64,000 nucleotides of DNA from an uncultured delta proteobacterium. GTDB lineage: Bacteria; Desulfobacterota; Desulfobacteria; Desulfobacterales; UBA2156. This document shows, piece after piece, positions 52,864 to 62,813 of the stretch. The notes beneath the pieces are model-generated. The model was not told the origin of the DNA. It saw only the letters and a program-made list of their open reading frames with translations, and did no database searches. The stretch's first letter is position 1. Each line of letters starts with the position of its first letter. Made by a program: the position numbers and the translations under genes. The stretch is taken from contig CAVTQK010000014.1 of NCBI GenBank assembly GCA_963736855.1, forward strand, positions 1-64,000. The letters are read 5' to 3'.

Positions 52864-54201
52864 ATGGGAGAGAAGCGCTTCATTCTGAAATATGGAAAGG
52901 GAGAGGTCAGCTTCTCCATTCCAGAAGCGCATCTTCTCTATGAACTCGTGGGGCGCAACCGCAGGCCTCCGTCCGATCTGGCCGCAGCCTACCGTCACGC
53001 CCTGGATCAGCCCATTGACAGTCCCCCACTTAGGGAACTGCTCAAACCCGGCGAGACGGTGGCCATAACGGTCAGCGATATCACCCGCGGGTGGCAGCGT
53101 AACGCGGACACGCTGCCGCTGCTGCTGGAATACCTGAACGCGGCCGGGATTTCCGATGACAATGTGACCGTTATTATTGCGGTGGGGGCGCACCGCCAGA
53201 ACACAGAGGCCGAATTTGTGGAGCTTTGCGGCGAGGGGATCTGCCATCGGGTCAGGGTGGTCAATCACAACGCCTGGGACACTGAAAACATGATCTATCT
53301 GGGAAAGACCAGCCGCGGCACTGAAGTCTCGATAAACCGGCTGGTCGCTGAAGCCGATAAAGTGATCCTCACCGGCGGAGTGATTTACCATTACATGGTC
53401 GGATACGGGGGAGGCCGGAAAAGCATCATGCCGGGCGTTTCATCGTTGAGGACCATCCAGCAGAGCCATATGTGGGCGATGCAGAGGGAAGTCGGTGCGG
53501 GTACGAATCCTCTGTCCGCCAACAAGATGACGAAAGGAAACCCTGCTCATGAAGATATGATGGAAGCAACGGCCTTTGTGAAGCCGGACTTCATCGTGAA
53601 TGTAGTCCCGAATCTGGACGGGGATATCGCAGGGATTTTCACGGGCAACTGGATTTCTGCATGGCTTGAGGCCACGCGGATGGTGGATGATATCTTCGGG
53701 GTGGAAATCCGCGAGCAGGCGGATATTGTGATTGCCACTGCGGGAGGATACCCCAAGGATATCAACTTGTACCAGACGCAGAAGACCATCGACAACGCCT
53801 TCTCTGCCATGAAACCGGGCGGGACGGCTGTCATCTTGGCCGAATGTTTGGACATAACCGAGCCCGCGGAATTCTTTGACTGGTTTAGCTGCCACACTTT
53901 CCTGGAAATGGAGAAAGCCGTGAGGGCCAATTTCCTGATTTCCGGATGGGTGGCGGTGCGACAGATGGAGTATTGTCGGAAGGGCACCATGATCCTCATG
54001 ACCCGCCGGGAAAACCTTGACCTTGCCGGAAGGGCCGGGGTTGTACCGGTCAGCAGCATGGACGATGCCCTGCGATTGGCCTATGAGAACAGCAGAACGG
54101 ACAGACCGAAAATCACGATCATGCCCCAGGGGGCGAACACCTTTCCCATACTCGTGGGAAAGGGGCAGGATTTTTCCCGGGAAAGCCTTATCGAGGCTTA
54201 A
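52864..54201 (+). CDS. LarA-family nickel-pincer 2-hydroxyacid racemase/epimerase
   Basis: SDITR, GAHR, HYMVGYGGGRKS, GNPAH, GGYPKDINLYQTQK. Confidence 0.88.
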   Translation: MGEKRFILKYGKGEVSFSIPEAHLLYELVGRNRRPPSDLAAAYRHALDQPIDSPPLRELLKPGETVAITVSDITRGWQRNADTLPLLLEYLNAAGISDDNVTVIIAVGAHRQNTEAEFVELCGEGICHRVRVVNHNAWDTENMIYLGKTSRGTEVSINRLVAEADKVILTGGVIYHYMVGYGGGRKSIMPGVSSLRTIQQSHMWAMQREVGAGTNPLSANKMTKGNPAHEDMMEATAFVKPDFIVNVVPNLDGDIAGIFTGNWISAWLEATRMVDDIFGVEIREQADIVIATAGGYPKDINLYQTQKTIDNAFSAMKPGGTAVILAECLDITEPAEFFDWFSCHTFLEMEKAVRANFLISGWVAVRQMEYCRKGTMILMTRRENLDLAGRAGVVPVSSMDDALRLAYENSRTDRPKITIMPQGANTFPILVGKGQDFSRESLIEA

Positions 54202-54229
54202 CCACATTTATCATAAAGGAGGATTGGAC

Positions 54230-55216
54230 ATGAAGAAAGCATTGGTGTCGAGTTTAGCGGTGTTGTTGGTTCTCGTGTGCGTCGGGCCGACTTGGGCCCA
54301 GTATAAGGCCACCATGAGGCTGGCCTCCGCCCTGCCCATGGACCATCCTTACATGGTCGGGGCGCAGAAATTTGCCGATCTCATCAAGGAAAGAACCCAA
54401 GGCCGCATCGAGATCAAGCTTTACCCCAGCAACCAGTTGGGCAAAGGCGAGCGCGAAATGACGGAGGGCATCCAACAGGGCGCCATCGACTTGTTGGTGA
54501 CCTCCACGGGGCCTTTAGGCGGGTTCAGCCCGTCCATCAACATCCTTGACTTCCCTTTTCTTTTCCGGGATTTCAACCATGTAGACCTTGTAATGGACGG
54601 TCCGATCGGCCGCAAGCTGCTGGACGACTTTGAGAAGGCCAATATCAAGGCCCTGTCTTTTTGGGAAAACGGGTTTCGTCACCTGACCAATTCCAAAGTC
54701 GAAGTCAAGAAGGTCACAGATGCTAAAGGTTTGAAGATCCGAACCATGGAAAACAAAGTTCATCTGTCGGCATGGAAGGACGCCGGCCTCAATCCCACCC
54801 CCATGGCCTGGGGCGAGGTTTACACCGCGCTGCAGCAGAAGGTCATTGATGGACAGGAAAACCCGATCGCCGTTTTCTACAGCTCCAAGTTCTGGGATGC
54901 GGGCCAGAAGCATTTCTCGCTCACGGCACACGTCTACTCCCCGTCCCCGTTCCTGATGAGCAAGAAAACCTTTGATTCCATGCCCAAGGAGGACCAGGAG
55001 CTTTTCGTGAAAACTTCTTATGAGGCAGGCAAGTTCCAGCGGAAAATCAACCGCGATGCCGAGGAGGCGAAATTGAAGGAGATGGCCGACAAGGGGGTCG
55101 CCATAGTGCGTGACGTGGACCGGGAGAGCTTCAAGAAGGCCATGGCACCGACCTATGAGGCTTTCAGCAGTCAGTACCCCAAAGCTGAAATCGAAGCCAT
55201 TATGAACGCCAAGTAG
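54230..55216 (+). CDS. dctP: TRAP transporter solute-binding protein
   Basis: Signal peptide, WENGFR, KGLKIR, EVYTALQQKVIDGQENP. Confidence 0.92.
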   Translation: MKKALVSSLAVLLVLVCVGPTWAQYKATMRLASALPMDHPYMVGAQKFADLIKERTQGRIEIKLYPSNQLGKGEREMTEGIQQGAIDLLVTSTGPLGGFSPSINILDFPFLFRDFNHVDLVMDGPIGRKLLDDFEKANIKALSFWENGFRHLTNSKVEVKKVTDAKGLKIRTMENKVHLSAWKDAGLNPTPMAWGEVYTALQQKVIDGQENPIAVFYSSKFWDAGQKHFSLTAHVYSPSPFLMSKKTFDSMPKEDQELFVKTSYEAGKFQRKINRDAEEAKLKEMADKGVAIVRDVDRESFKKAMAPTYEAFSSQYPKAEIEAIMNAK

Positions 55217-55228
55217 TCACCCTGCCAC

Positions 55229-55264
55229 AGGCGCCCTTCGGAGCCTTCCCAGAGAAGGGCGCCT
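55229..55264. other. Stem-loop after dctP
   Basis: AGGCGCCCTTC...GAAGGGCGCCT. Confidence 0.65.
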
Positions 55265-55346
55265 TATCGTTTTCGTAAAAACGCCGGATGGTCAGACCCA
55301 TCGTCATTCAGCCGGGCGTGAATATCGATTTGCCCTGGAGTATGTA

Positions 55347-55838
55347 ATGCGTGCATTGCAGATCTTCAACGAATGGATCGTGAAATTGGGGAGTTGGGGG
55401 ACGATTCTGTTCATGGCCGTCATCGCCGTCGTAATCCCCTATGAAGTCATCGGCCGATATCTGTTTCAGAGAATGAATATCTGGACGGGGGAGGTTTCTA
55501 CATACTCCCTGGTTTGGGCTTCCATGCTGGGCGGCGCCGTGGGGCTAAGAAAGGGCTACCTGGTAAGCATGACCTCGGTGCTGGAAGCCGTCCCGCCTGC
55601 AACGGCAAAAGCATTGAAGCTTGTAAGTTATTTATGCAGCCTCGTTTTCTTCGCCGCCTTGTTCGGCTATGGCCTTTTTCAGACCATCTATAACTGGAAA
55701 CAGACCTCCCCGGCCATGGGCTTGATCATGAGCTTTCCCTACGCTGCGCTTCCGGCCGGTTTTTTCATCATGTTTTTCGTCACCCTGGAACAGTTCCTGG
55801 GATTGCTCGGTCTCGGTGCGAAAGGAGAAGGCCGATGA
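55347..55838 (+). CDS. dctQ: TRAP small permease
   Basis: 4 TM segments, QTSPAMG, position between dctP and dctM. Confidence 0.85.
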   Translation: MRALQIFNEWIVKLGSWGTILFMAVIAVVIPYEVIGRYLFQRMNIWTGEVSTYSLVWASMLGGAVGLRKGYLVSMTSVLEAVPPATAKALKLVSYLCSLVFFAALFGYGLFQTIYNWKQTSPAMGLIMSFPYAALPAGFFIMFFVTLEQFLGLLGLGAKGEGR

Positions 55839-57112
55839 TCGTGTTTGTCGGCTCCTTTATCGCACTGTTGTGCATCTCCGCACCCATCCTCGTGGCACTG
55901 GGCGGCTGCTCCCTGGCCTATGCCCTGATCAGCGGGAATGTGCCCATCACGACGCTGATTCAAACCACATTCGGAGGCCTGGCGACATTCCCCCTGCTCG
56001 CCATACCGCTCTTCATGCTGGCGGGAAACCTCATGAATGCGGGCGGGATCACGCCGGTCCTCGTGGACTTTGCCCGCCTCCTGCTTGGGCATATCCGGGG
56101 CGGGCTGGGGCATGCCACGATCCTGGCCTGCGCCATCTTCGCGGCGATCTCCGGAGCTGCCGTCGCCACTGCAGTCGCCATCGGCGTGGTGATGATTCCC
56201 GCCATGCATCAGGCAGGCTACGACGATGATGTGGCCGCCGCCCTGACCTGCACGTCCTCTTGTATGGGGCCCATCATTCCTCCCAGCATCCCCTTCATCA
56301 TCTACGGAGTTGCCGCCAACGTTTCGATCGGCGCCCTCTTTCTGGGCGGAGTTTTTCCGGGCATCCTGCTCGGCCTGGCCTTGATGTCCTATATGGCCTA
56401 TGTGGCGACCAAGCGCAACTACCCGAAAGACCCCCGAAGGCCGATGAAAGAAGTCCTGGTAGCCACATGGAAGGCTTTGCCTGCCCTCTTCATGCCGATC
56501 ATGATCATGGGCGGGATCCTGACCGGTATGTTTACCCCAACCGAGGCCGCCGGCATCACGGTCGTTTATGCCGCCCTTGTGGGAGGTTTTATCTACCGCA
56601 AGTTGACCTTGAGAAACCTTCCCGATGTCCTGCTCAAAGCCGGTCTGGAATCGGGAATGGTCATGATGCTCATTGCCATGTCAGAACCTTTTGCCTGGAT
56701 CGTCGCCCTGAATCAGATCCCACAGTTTCTCATCGATTGGATTTCTACCTTGACCACCTCTCCCTGGGTGATCCTGCTGCTGGTCAATGTTTTTCTCCTG
56801 CTCCTCGGGATCCCCATGGAAACCGCACCCGCCCTCGTCATCGTCACACCGGTGCTCGCGCCCATAGCCGTCACCCTGGGCATCGATCCGGTGCATATGG
56901 GCATCGTCATCTGCCTAAACCTTGTTCTGGGTCTGATTACACCGCCGGTCGGCGCTGTGCTCTTTGCGGTCTGCGGGGTGGCGAATATCTCCCTCGACCG
57001 CCTGAGCAGGGCAATTTGGGCACCCTTTGCGGTCGCTCTGGTGGTGCTGCTTATCGTGACTTACATCCCCTGGTTCAGCACCTTCCTGCCTAGAATTTTC
57101 ATGGGAGGTTAA
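55835..57112 (+). CDS. dctM: TRAP large permease
   Basis: LLAIPLFMLAG, IIPPSI, FTPTEA, GIDPVH, TPPVG. Confidence 0.93.
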   Translation: MIVFVGSFIALLCISAPILVALGGCSLAYALISGNVPITTLIQTTFGGLATFPLLAIPLFMLAGNLMNAGGITPVLVDFARLLLGHIRGGLGHATILACAIFAAISGAAVATAVAIGVVMIPAMHQAGYDDDVAAALTCTSSCMGPIIPPSIPFIIYGVAANVSIGALFLGGVFPGILLGLALMSYMAYVATKRNYPKDPRRPMKEVLVATWKALPALFMPIMIMGGILTGMFTPTEAAGITVVYAALVGGFIYRKLTLRNLPDVLLKAGLESGMVMMLIAMSEPFAWIVALNQIPQFLIDWISTLTTSPWVILLLVNVFLLLLGIPMETAPALVIVTPVLAPIAVTLGIDPVHMGIVICLNLVLGLITPPVGAVLFAVCGVANISLDRLSRAIWAPFAVALVVLLIVTYIPWFSTFLPRIFMGG

Positions 57113-57443
57113 GGGTAGGGGCGCTATGGTTCAAGTCATTATCCCCTTTCATGGGAGACCTTATCGGTTCGATGTGCCGGACAGGAATCCGGCCGAGGTC
57201 TTGAGCCCCAGGTCCGCGCCGTCTGTTGACAATAAGGGACCGCCTCACGGTCGGACTGGCCGAGGGATGGCTCCAAGGCGGACTGATCCTGGGAATTGCT
57301 CCGCTTTCCCTGACGGGACCCACTGAAATTCCCGACCGGGTGGTCCGTGGGTTTGCCGAGGTGACTGAAGCTCTGATCAGACAGTCGGCGCCCCGCAATC
57401 CCTTTTACAACTCCTGAGACTTCTTTCATAAAGGCGGACTATA

Positions 57444-57911
57444 ATGGCAACAAACCAGAGACGACCGCTGTTGGGCATCCCCGCGCATCGCTGTGGCGGG
57501 TCTAAACCCTCACTGCAGAGAGGGCGGTTTGTTCGGCACCGAGGATGATGAGGAAATTGCCCCGGCCGTGGCCGAAGCGCGGGACGCCGGAATCAACGCC
57601 GAAGGCCCGCTTCCGGCCGACACGGTCTTTTCCAAAATGCTAGGAGGCATGTATGATCTGGTGGTGGTGATGTAACACGATCAGGGCCATATCCCGACCA
57701 AGCTTGTGGGGTTCAAATACGACGACAAGACCCAAACCTGGGGCAGCATGGCCGGCGTTACGTCACCCTGGGATTACCGATCATTCGCACATCCGTGGAT
57801 CACGGAACTGCCTTCGGCAAGGCCGGTGAGGGACGTGCCAATCCCCAATCGATGATCGACGTTATCCGCCTTGCGGCCTTGCTGGCATTGCAGGATAGAA
57901 AGTGGGGTTAG
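57444..57911 (+). pseudogene. pdxA: PdxA-family dehydrogenase pseudogene (internal deletion, nonsense codon, frameshift)
   Basis: [12 protein letters not shown] fused to [38 protein letters not shown]. Confidence 0.85.
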
Positions 57912-58043
57912 AGCACCGGGCGCGTTTTCATCATAGACGCCCGCTTCAAGTTGATAAAATAATAGTATTTGACGACTTAGAGTCAGTAAAAATAGATTTT
58001 TTTAAACCCATCCTTGACTTTAGTTTAAAAATATGATCTTTTA

Positions 58044-58832
58044 ATGAGCATGAGTCATCAAGTAAAAACTAAAATAAACCGGTTGATCACAGAATGGCCC
58101 AGAGGCACGGTTGGAGTTGCATCTTATTTGAACACCTTGGGCTTCGGCCATGATCTTCTGGCAAAATACAGAAAGAGCGGATGGATAGATTCCTTTGGAA
58201 GAGGCGCCTATACCCTCAATGAAGACAAAGTGGAATGGGCTGGTGCCCTTTATGCGCTTCAAACCCAACTGAAGCTCAATGTCCATGCAGGAGGGAAAAC
58301 ATCCCTTGAACTGAAAGGTTATGCCCATTACCTGCCAGTTCAACAGAAGAAGATATTTCTGTATGGCCCTCTCGGGCAGGTTTTGCCCATGTGGTTCAAA
58401 AGAGCCCCTTTAGGTGTCGATATAGTCATGACGCGCACAAATCTGTTTCCTGCCCACGTCCAAGATGGTTTTTCAGACTACACTGAGAGGGATTTCTTTT
58501 TAAGAATCTCCTCCCCTGAAAGGGCAGCGCTGGAAATGCTTCATTTGGTCCCCCGAAAAGTGACTTTCGAGGAGGCCTCATTAATCCTGGAGAATCTCGT
58601 CAGCCTCCGTCCGGAGCTTGTTCAGAAATTGCTTGATTCATGCCGGTCTGTCAAAGTGAAGAGGCTCTTCCTTTACATGGCGGAGAAACACGAGCATGCC
58701 TGGCTTTCGCAGCTCGATCTTTCCCGAGTCGATTTGGGGCATGGAAAGCGGATGCTGGTTCCGAACGGAAGGTATGAGAAGAAATATCGGATCACAGTTC
58801 CCAGGGATCATCAGGAAGAGGTCTCCGGATGA
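58044..58832 (+). CDS. Type IV TA antitoxin, AbiEi family
   Basis: SGWIDSFGRGAY, GGKTSL, SSPERAALE, SVKVKRLFLY. Confidence 0.85.
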   Translation: MSMSHQVKTKINRLITEWPRGTVGVASYLNTLGFGHDLLAKYRKSGWIDSFGRGAYTLNEDKVEWAGALYALQTQLKLNVHAGGKTSLELKGYAHYLPVQQKKIFLYGPLGQVLPMWFKRAPLGVDIVMTRTNLFPAHVQDGFSDYTERDFFLRISSPERAALEMLHLVPRKVTFEEASLILENLVSLRPELVQKLLDSCRSVKVKRLFLYMAEKHEHAWLSQLDLSRVDLGHGKRMLVPNGRYEKKYRITVPRDHQEEVSG

Positions 58833-59746
58833 AGGATACGGTATTCTTCAGACAGGCGGAATTGCTCCTCAGAATCTTGCCTTTGATTCATAGAGAGGAG
58901 GTGTTCGCCTTGAAGGGAGGGACGGCGATCAACTTCTTCGTTCGGGACCTCCCTCGTCTTTCAGTGGACATAGACCTTACGTATCTTCCGGTGAATGAAA
59001 GAGACTTTGCCCTGAACGATATCCGTAATGCTTTGATACGTATCTCTGAAGAGATCCAGAGGAGGATACCAGGGACAAAAGTGACCTTGAGAAAAATCCA
59101 CGGCGCAAATATCTTGAAGGGCATGGTTGTGGAAAGAGAGGGAGTCACCGTCAAAATAGAGCCAAATCTGGTCATGAGAGGCTCTGTGTATCCCCCCGAA
59201 GTACGAACCTTGTCCAGGAAAGCTCAAGAGGTCTTTGAACTTTCTATCCAGAACCGAATCCTTTCCACTGAAGAATTGTACGCCGGGAAAATCTGTGCAG
59301 CCCTTGACCGTCAGCATCCCAGGGATCTCTTCGATGTGCATTGGCTGATCAGAAATGAGGATCTCAGCCTTAGAACAAGAAAGGCATTCCTTGTCTATGT
59401 CATAAGCCACCCAAGACCCATGATCGAAATCCTGAATCCCCGCTTCAATGACATACGGGATGTCTTCGAAAATGAATTCAAGGAACTGGTAACTGAGAAA
59501 GTGAGCTATGAGGAGCTTTGCGCGACAAGAGAAAGCTTGGTTTCAATGCTAACGAATGAGGTTACGCCTGAGGAAAAACACTTCCTCGTTTCAGTAAAGG
59601 AAGGCGTGCCCAAGTGGGATCTTCTTGGGCTTGAAGGAGTTGAGAAACTGCCCGCAGTCAAGTGGAAGCTCCTGAATATCGGGAAAATGGAACCATCAAA
59701 ACACAGGGATGCTGTTCATAAGTTAAGGGATTATGTCGGTATGTAG
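58829..59746 (+). CDS. Type IV TA toxin, AbiEii nucleotidyltransferase
   Basis: LKGGTAIN, RLSVDID, KICAALDRQHPRDLFD; ATGA overlap with the antitoxin. Confidence 0.9.
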   Translation: MKDTVFFRQAELLLRILPLIHREEVFALKGGTAINFFVRDLPRLSVDIDLTYLPVNERDFALNDIRNALIRISEEIQRRIPGTKVTLRKIHGANILKGMVVEREGVTVKIEPNLVMRGSVYPPEVRTLSRKAQEVFELSIQNRILSTEELYAGKICAALDRQHPRDLFDVHWLIRNEDLSLRTRKAFLVYVISHPRPMIEILNPRFNDIRDVFENEFKELVTEKVSYEELCATRESLVSMLTNEVTPEEKHFLVSVKEGVPKWDLLGLEGVEKLPAVKWKLLNIGKMEPSKHRDAVHKLRDYVGM

Positions 59747-59949
59747 AACCCACCTGCCCGGGTAAGATGTGATCGTTGGGCGGCTCAACCTTTCTTCAGA
59801 AGCAAGGAAAAGTCCGCAAAATCGCCTGGAAATGGGAGAAAAGCCTTCAATTGACAGTCGCGCACAAGAAGAATAGAATCGCGTTGTAATTGGCTATTCG
59901 TTACAGACAGTTACCCAAGGCAAACACAACTCACTGGTGGACATGGCCT

Positions 59950-60874
59950 ATTCGGCCTGGTCAGCGATTTCCTTTCCTCATGCTGGAATCATCTGCGCTC
60001 CCAAAGCCGGGTCAACAAGCTGCAAGGTCGTATCCAATTCGGTGGCGCCTTGAGCGGACGCGACACGTCCGCCACGCAAAAAACGATAAGTGGACTACTC
60101 AAACTGATGTTTCCCGATCCCGAAGCCAATATCCCCAACGATGCCATCGAGTGGGCTGCTAAGCTCGCTCTGGAATGTCGCCGAAGGGTGAAGGAGCAAC
60201 AAAAACGCATAGGGGCTGCCGAATTCCGAAACACCCATTTCAGTTTCACCATGATCCCCGATGGGATTGAGCAATTCGTCTCAACACCTGAACTTCACCG
60301 CGAGAACAGCATCGGCAGCGACCCGCTCCCTGCCGATCAGATATGGGCGTTGTCTCCCGGCGGCACTGATGAGAATCCCGGACTGTTCTGCATTGAGGTG
60401 ACGGAAGGACCAGGAAGTGGGGTGAAGATTCTCAATCAAAGCCCTCCGGGGCCGCTCAAGGAGAGCGTGCGCTGTGCCGAACAAAATCTCTATGCCAGAG
60501 CAAGGGAACTGGTCGGTGATCGCGATCCACGTGCCCATGAGTTCACCATCCAGTTCCGTGCTTTTGATGCCTGCAAGAGCGCTGCGGCAACAGGAATACC
60601 CATCTTGCTCGCCATGAGTTCCGCGCTGGTCGAGCGCAGCCTGGAAGGCGGACTCGTCATCGTGGGCGGACTCAATCTCGGGGGATCCATCGAGCCCATA
60701 TACAACGCCGTCAGCATCATCGAACTGGCTGCCGACAAAGGAGCCCAGAAAATCCTCATTCCTGTCTCTGCGCGCAAGCAACTTTTCGAATTACCTGACG
60801 ACTTGGCCACCAAAGTCATTGTCGTGTATTATGCAGATGCAAAAGATGCCCTGCTCAAAGCGCTCAGTGAATAA
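59950..60874 (+). pseudogene. brxL: 5'-truncated BREX BrxL Lon-like protease
   Basis: GLVSDFL, GALSGRD, SGLLKL, ALECRRRVKEQQKRIG and Lon-like C-terminal domain; N-terminal part absent. Confidence 0.8.
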
Positions 60875-60930
60875 AAATCTGATATCAAATTAGCGTCTCA
60901 AAAACAAGAAACATACCTCCAGACGCAGAT

Positions 60931-61196
60931 GGGCACAATTTCGGGCACAATCTTCTTTTGACAATAAAAAAGGGAGTCGCAAAAATGGCTAACTCCCTGA
61001 AATTATTGGTGCCTGGAGCCGGAATCGAACCGGCACGGGGACTTAGCCCCAAGGGATTTTAAGTCCTAGAACACAAAACATGAAATATTGTTCAATTACA
61101 ACTACTTGATCTTGTGGCTATTTTTCAATGCGTTTTTGGTTTCATTTGGAAATATTTGAAAAAATTTGACCTTGACGGGCACAATTTGGGCACAAT
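60931..61196. mobile_element. Tyrosine-integrase att junction: paired GGGCACAAT repeats on both sides of a tRNA fragment
   Basis: GGGCACAAT at 60931, 60943, 61177 and 61188. Confidence 0.75.
61007..61066 (-). tRNA. 3' fragment of tRNA-Leu(TAA), att core, 5' half missing
   Basis: Minus strand GGACTTAAAATCC, long variable arm, GGTTCGATTCC and CACCA; no D-arm or 5' acceptor strand. Confidence 0.88.
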
Positions 61197-61807
61197 TTTT
61201 TATCCATCACATTCCCAACAACAAAACCAAAACGGAAATACGGGCAGTCTGTATATTTCAAAAACCGACTAAAAATTCATCTATTTGGAAATCCGAACCG
61301 TCCACACATTAGAGTGTTTGCGATCTCCTCCCCCACGGTCGCAATTGAAAACGTTCTGACCCTTATAGCATAATGTAATAACATAACAATTCCATTTGGT
61401 TATCCTCATCTTCCTCATTACAATCGGACCTTACCAGTCATCATTTCAATCCTGTAAAACTGAAAGAAAAGTGAGCAGAATAGACCCTAATCAGGTAGGA
61501 TAGTATAGAATAATCTAGGATAGCATCACGTCAAAGAAGGAAGGAAGGAAGAAAGGGGTGTTAGGGCTATCCTACTGTAATTTAGATGTATTTTTATTAT
61601 GGTACGGTAAAAAGCCCATGGTCACATACCAAGACATCAAATCAAAGCCCTATTTCAAACAGATCCTTCGTTATGTCGAGGAGTATTTGAATTGTCGGTT
61701 CCAGCGTACTGGTAAAGATAAATACAGCGCCCTTGTCCTTCTCCTTGCCTTCTGCTCGGTGTAAACCTGGTGTAAGGACTCTCACCTCACAAGCCCTGTG
61801 CCATGCT

Positions 61808-61863
61808 CGGTAACGAAAAAATCAGCCGGAGCGTAGCGATCGGCTGGATTGACCGTGTTGGAC
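61808..61863 (-). repeat. attC-like site 1
   Basis: Minus strand GTCCAAC...AATCCAGCCG...CGGCTGATT...GTTACCG with one extra base in the L box. Confidence 0.6.
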
Positions 61864-61953
61864 TATGGTTTATGTGTTGCATTATGTCCACTGTTACTGT
61901 CAAAGGCTAACTGGCTATCCTGATGCCAGAATTGCCGTGAGATAATGATTCTC

Positions 61954-62778
61954 TTACTGCACCGTGACGACGACTGAAGCCTCTTTGTTGAAGGGGTTAG
62001 TGCGCACAGCTAGGGAGAAGAGAAAAGGATAGTTATTTTTCAGATACTTCATATAGATAATCCATTCTGCCACCATCAGGTGGTAGCCCCGTTTGATATC
62101 TCCTGCAAGATGATTTACGTCTGGTTTCGGCACATCTTCGAAAGAACTACGGTAAGCTAACTCTTCGGTGAGATGAAAGACGGCGCGTAACAGATCGGTA
62201 AAGGACTGATGCTCCATGAGCACAGGGTTTTCTAAGAGCCTCAGGAGAAAGTCTCGTTTTGCTGTGAGAAAGCCCTTTAGTGCAAGAAAATCTACCTGCG
62301 AGACATCAACGCCGAAGTCGTGCTTCACAGACTCCTTACTGGCGGCAATAAACTCCTTGTCTTTCCAGGTTTCGGTTATGATTAAACTGCGCCTGATGGC
62401 GTCGAAATTGGGGTCGTAACGGGCGAATCGGGAGAGAAGTTCCAGACCGACCTCGCTGTAAAAGACACCGATAATCATGTTGAGTTTTTTCATGCGGCTT
62501 TCCATCTCCCGTTTTTCCAGCATGATCTCTGTAACATTGGCTATGACGCCAAGAAACGTGCCCACTCCGGTGACGATGATAAAAAGAGCAAAGATTTTCC
62601 CAAAATTAGTTACTGGATAGACATCGCCGTATCCCACCGTTGCCATGGTAACGATGACAAAATAAAAGGAATCGATAAGAGACTTTTTCTCAATGGTCAT
62701 CATGCCTATCGTACCTAAAACGATGACCGCAAAGAATATGATGAGGTATATTTTCAGCCGCGATTTGATATTTCCCAT
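61954..62778 (-). CDS. Two-TM potassium channel family protein
   Basis: Selectivity filter TVGYGD between two TM segments. Confidence 0.9.
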   Translation of the reverse strand: MGNIKSRLKIYLIIFFAVIVLGTIGMMTIEKKSLIDSFYFVIVTMATVGYGDVYPVTNFGKIFALFIIVTGVGTFLGVIANVTEIMLEKREMESRMKKLNMIIGVFYSEVGLELLSRFARYDPNFDAIRRSLIITETWKDKEFIAASKESVKHDFGVDVSQVDFLALKGFLTAKRDFLLRLLENPVLMEHQSFTDLLRAVFHLTEELAYRSSFEDVPKPDVNHLAGDIKRGYHLMVAEWIIYMKYLKNNYPFLFSLAVRTNPFNKEASVVVTVQ

Positions 62779-62813
62779 TAGGTAGTTCTCATTTATCTTT
62801 TTCTGCTGTACGC

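Noticed and set aside
61007..61066. Functional tRNA-Leu gene
   Set aside because: The D-arm and 5' acceptor strand are absent; treated as an att core.
61490..61560. TAGGATAG pair and GAAG run as replication iterons
   Set aside because: Too short and too few to distinguish from low-complexity sequence.
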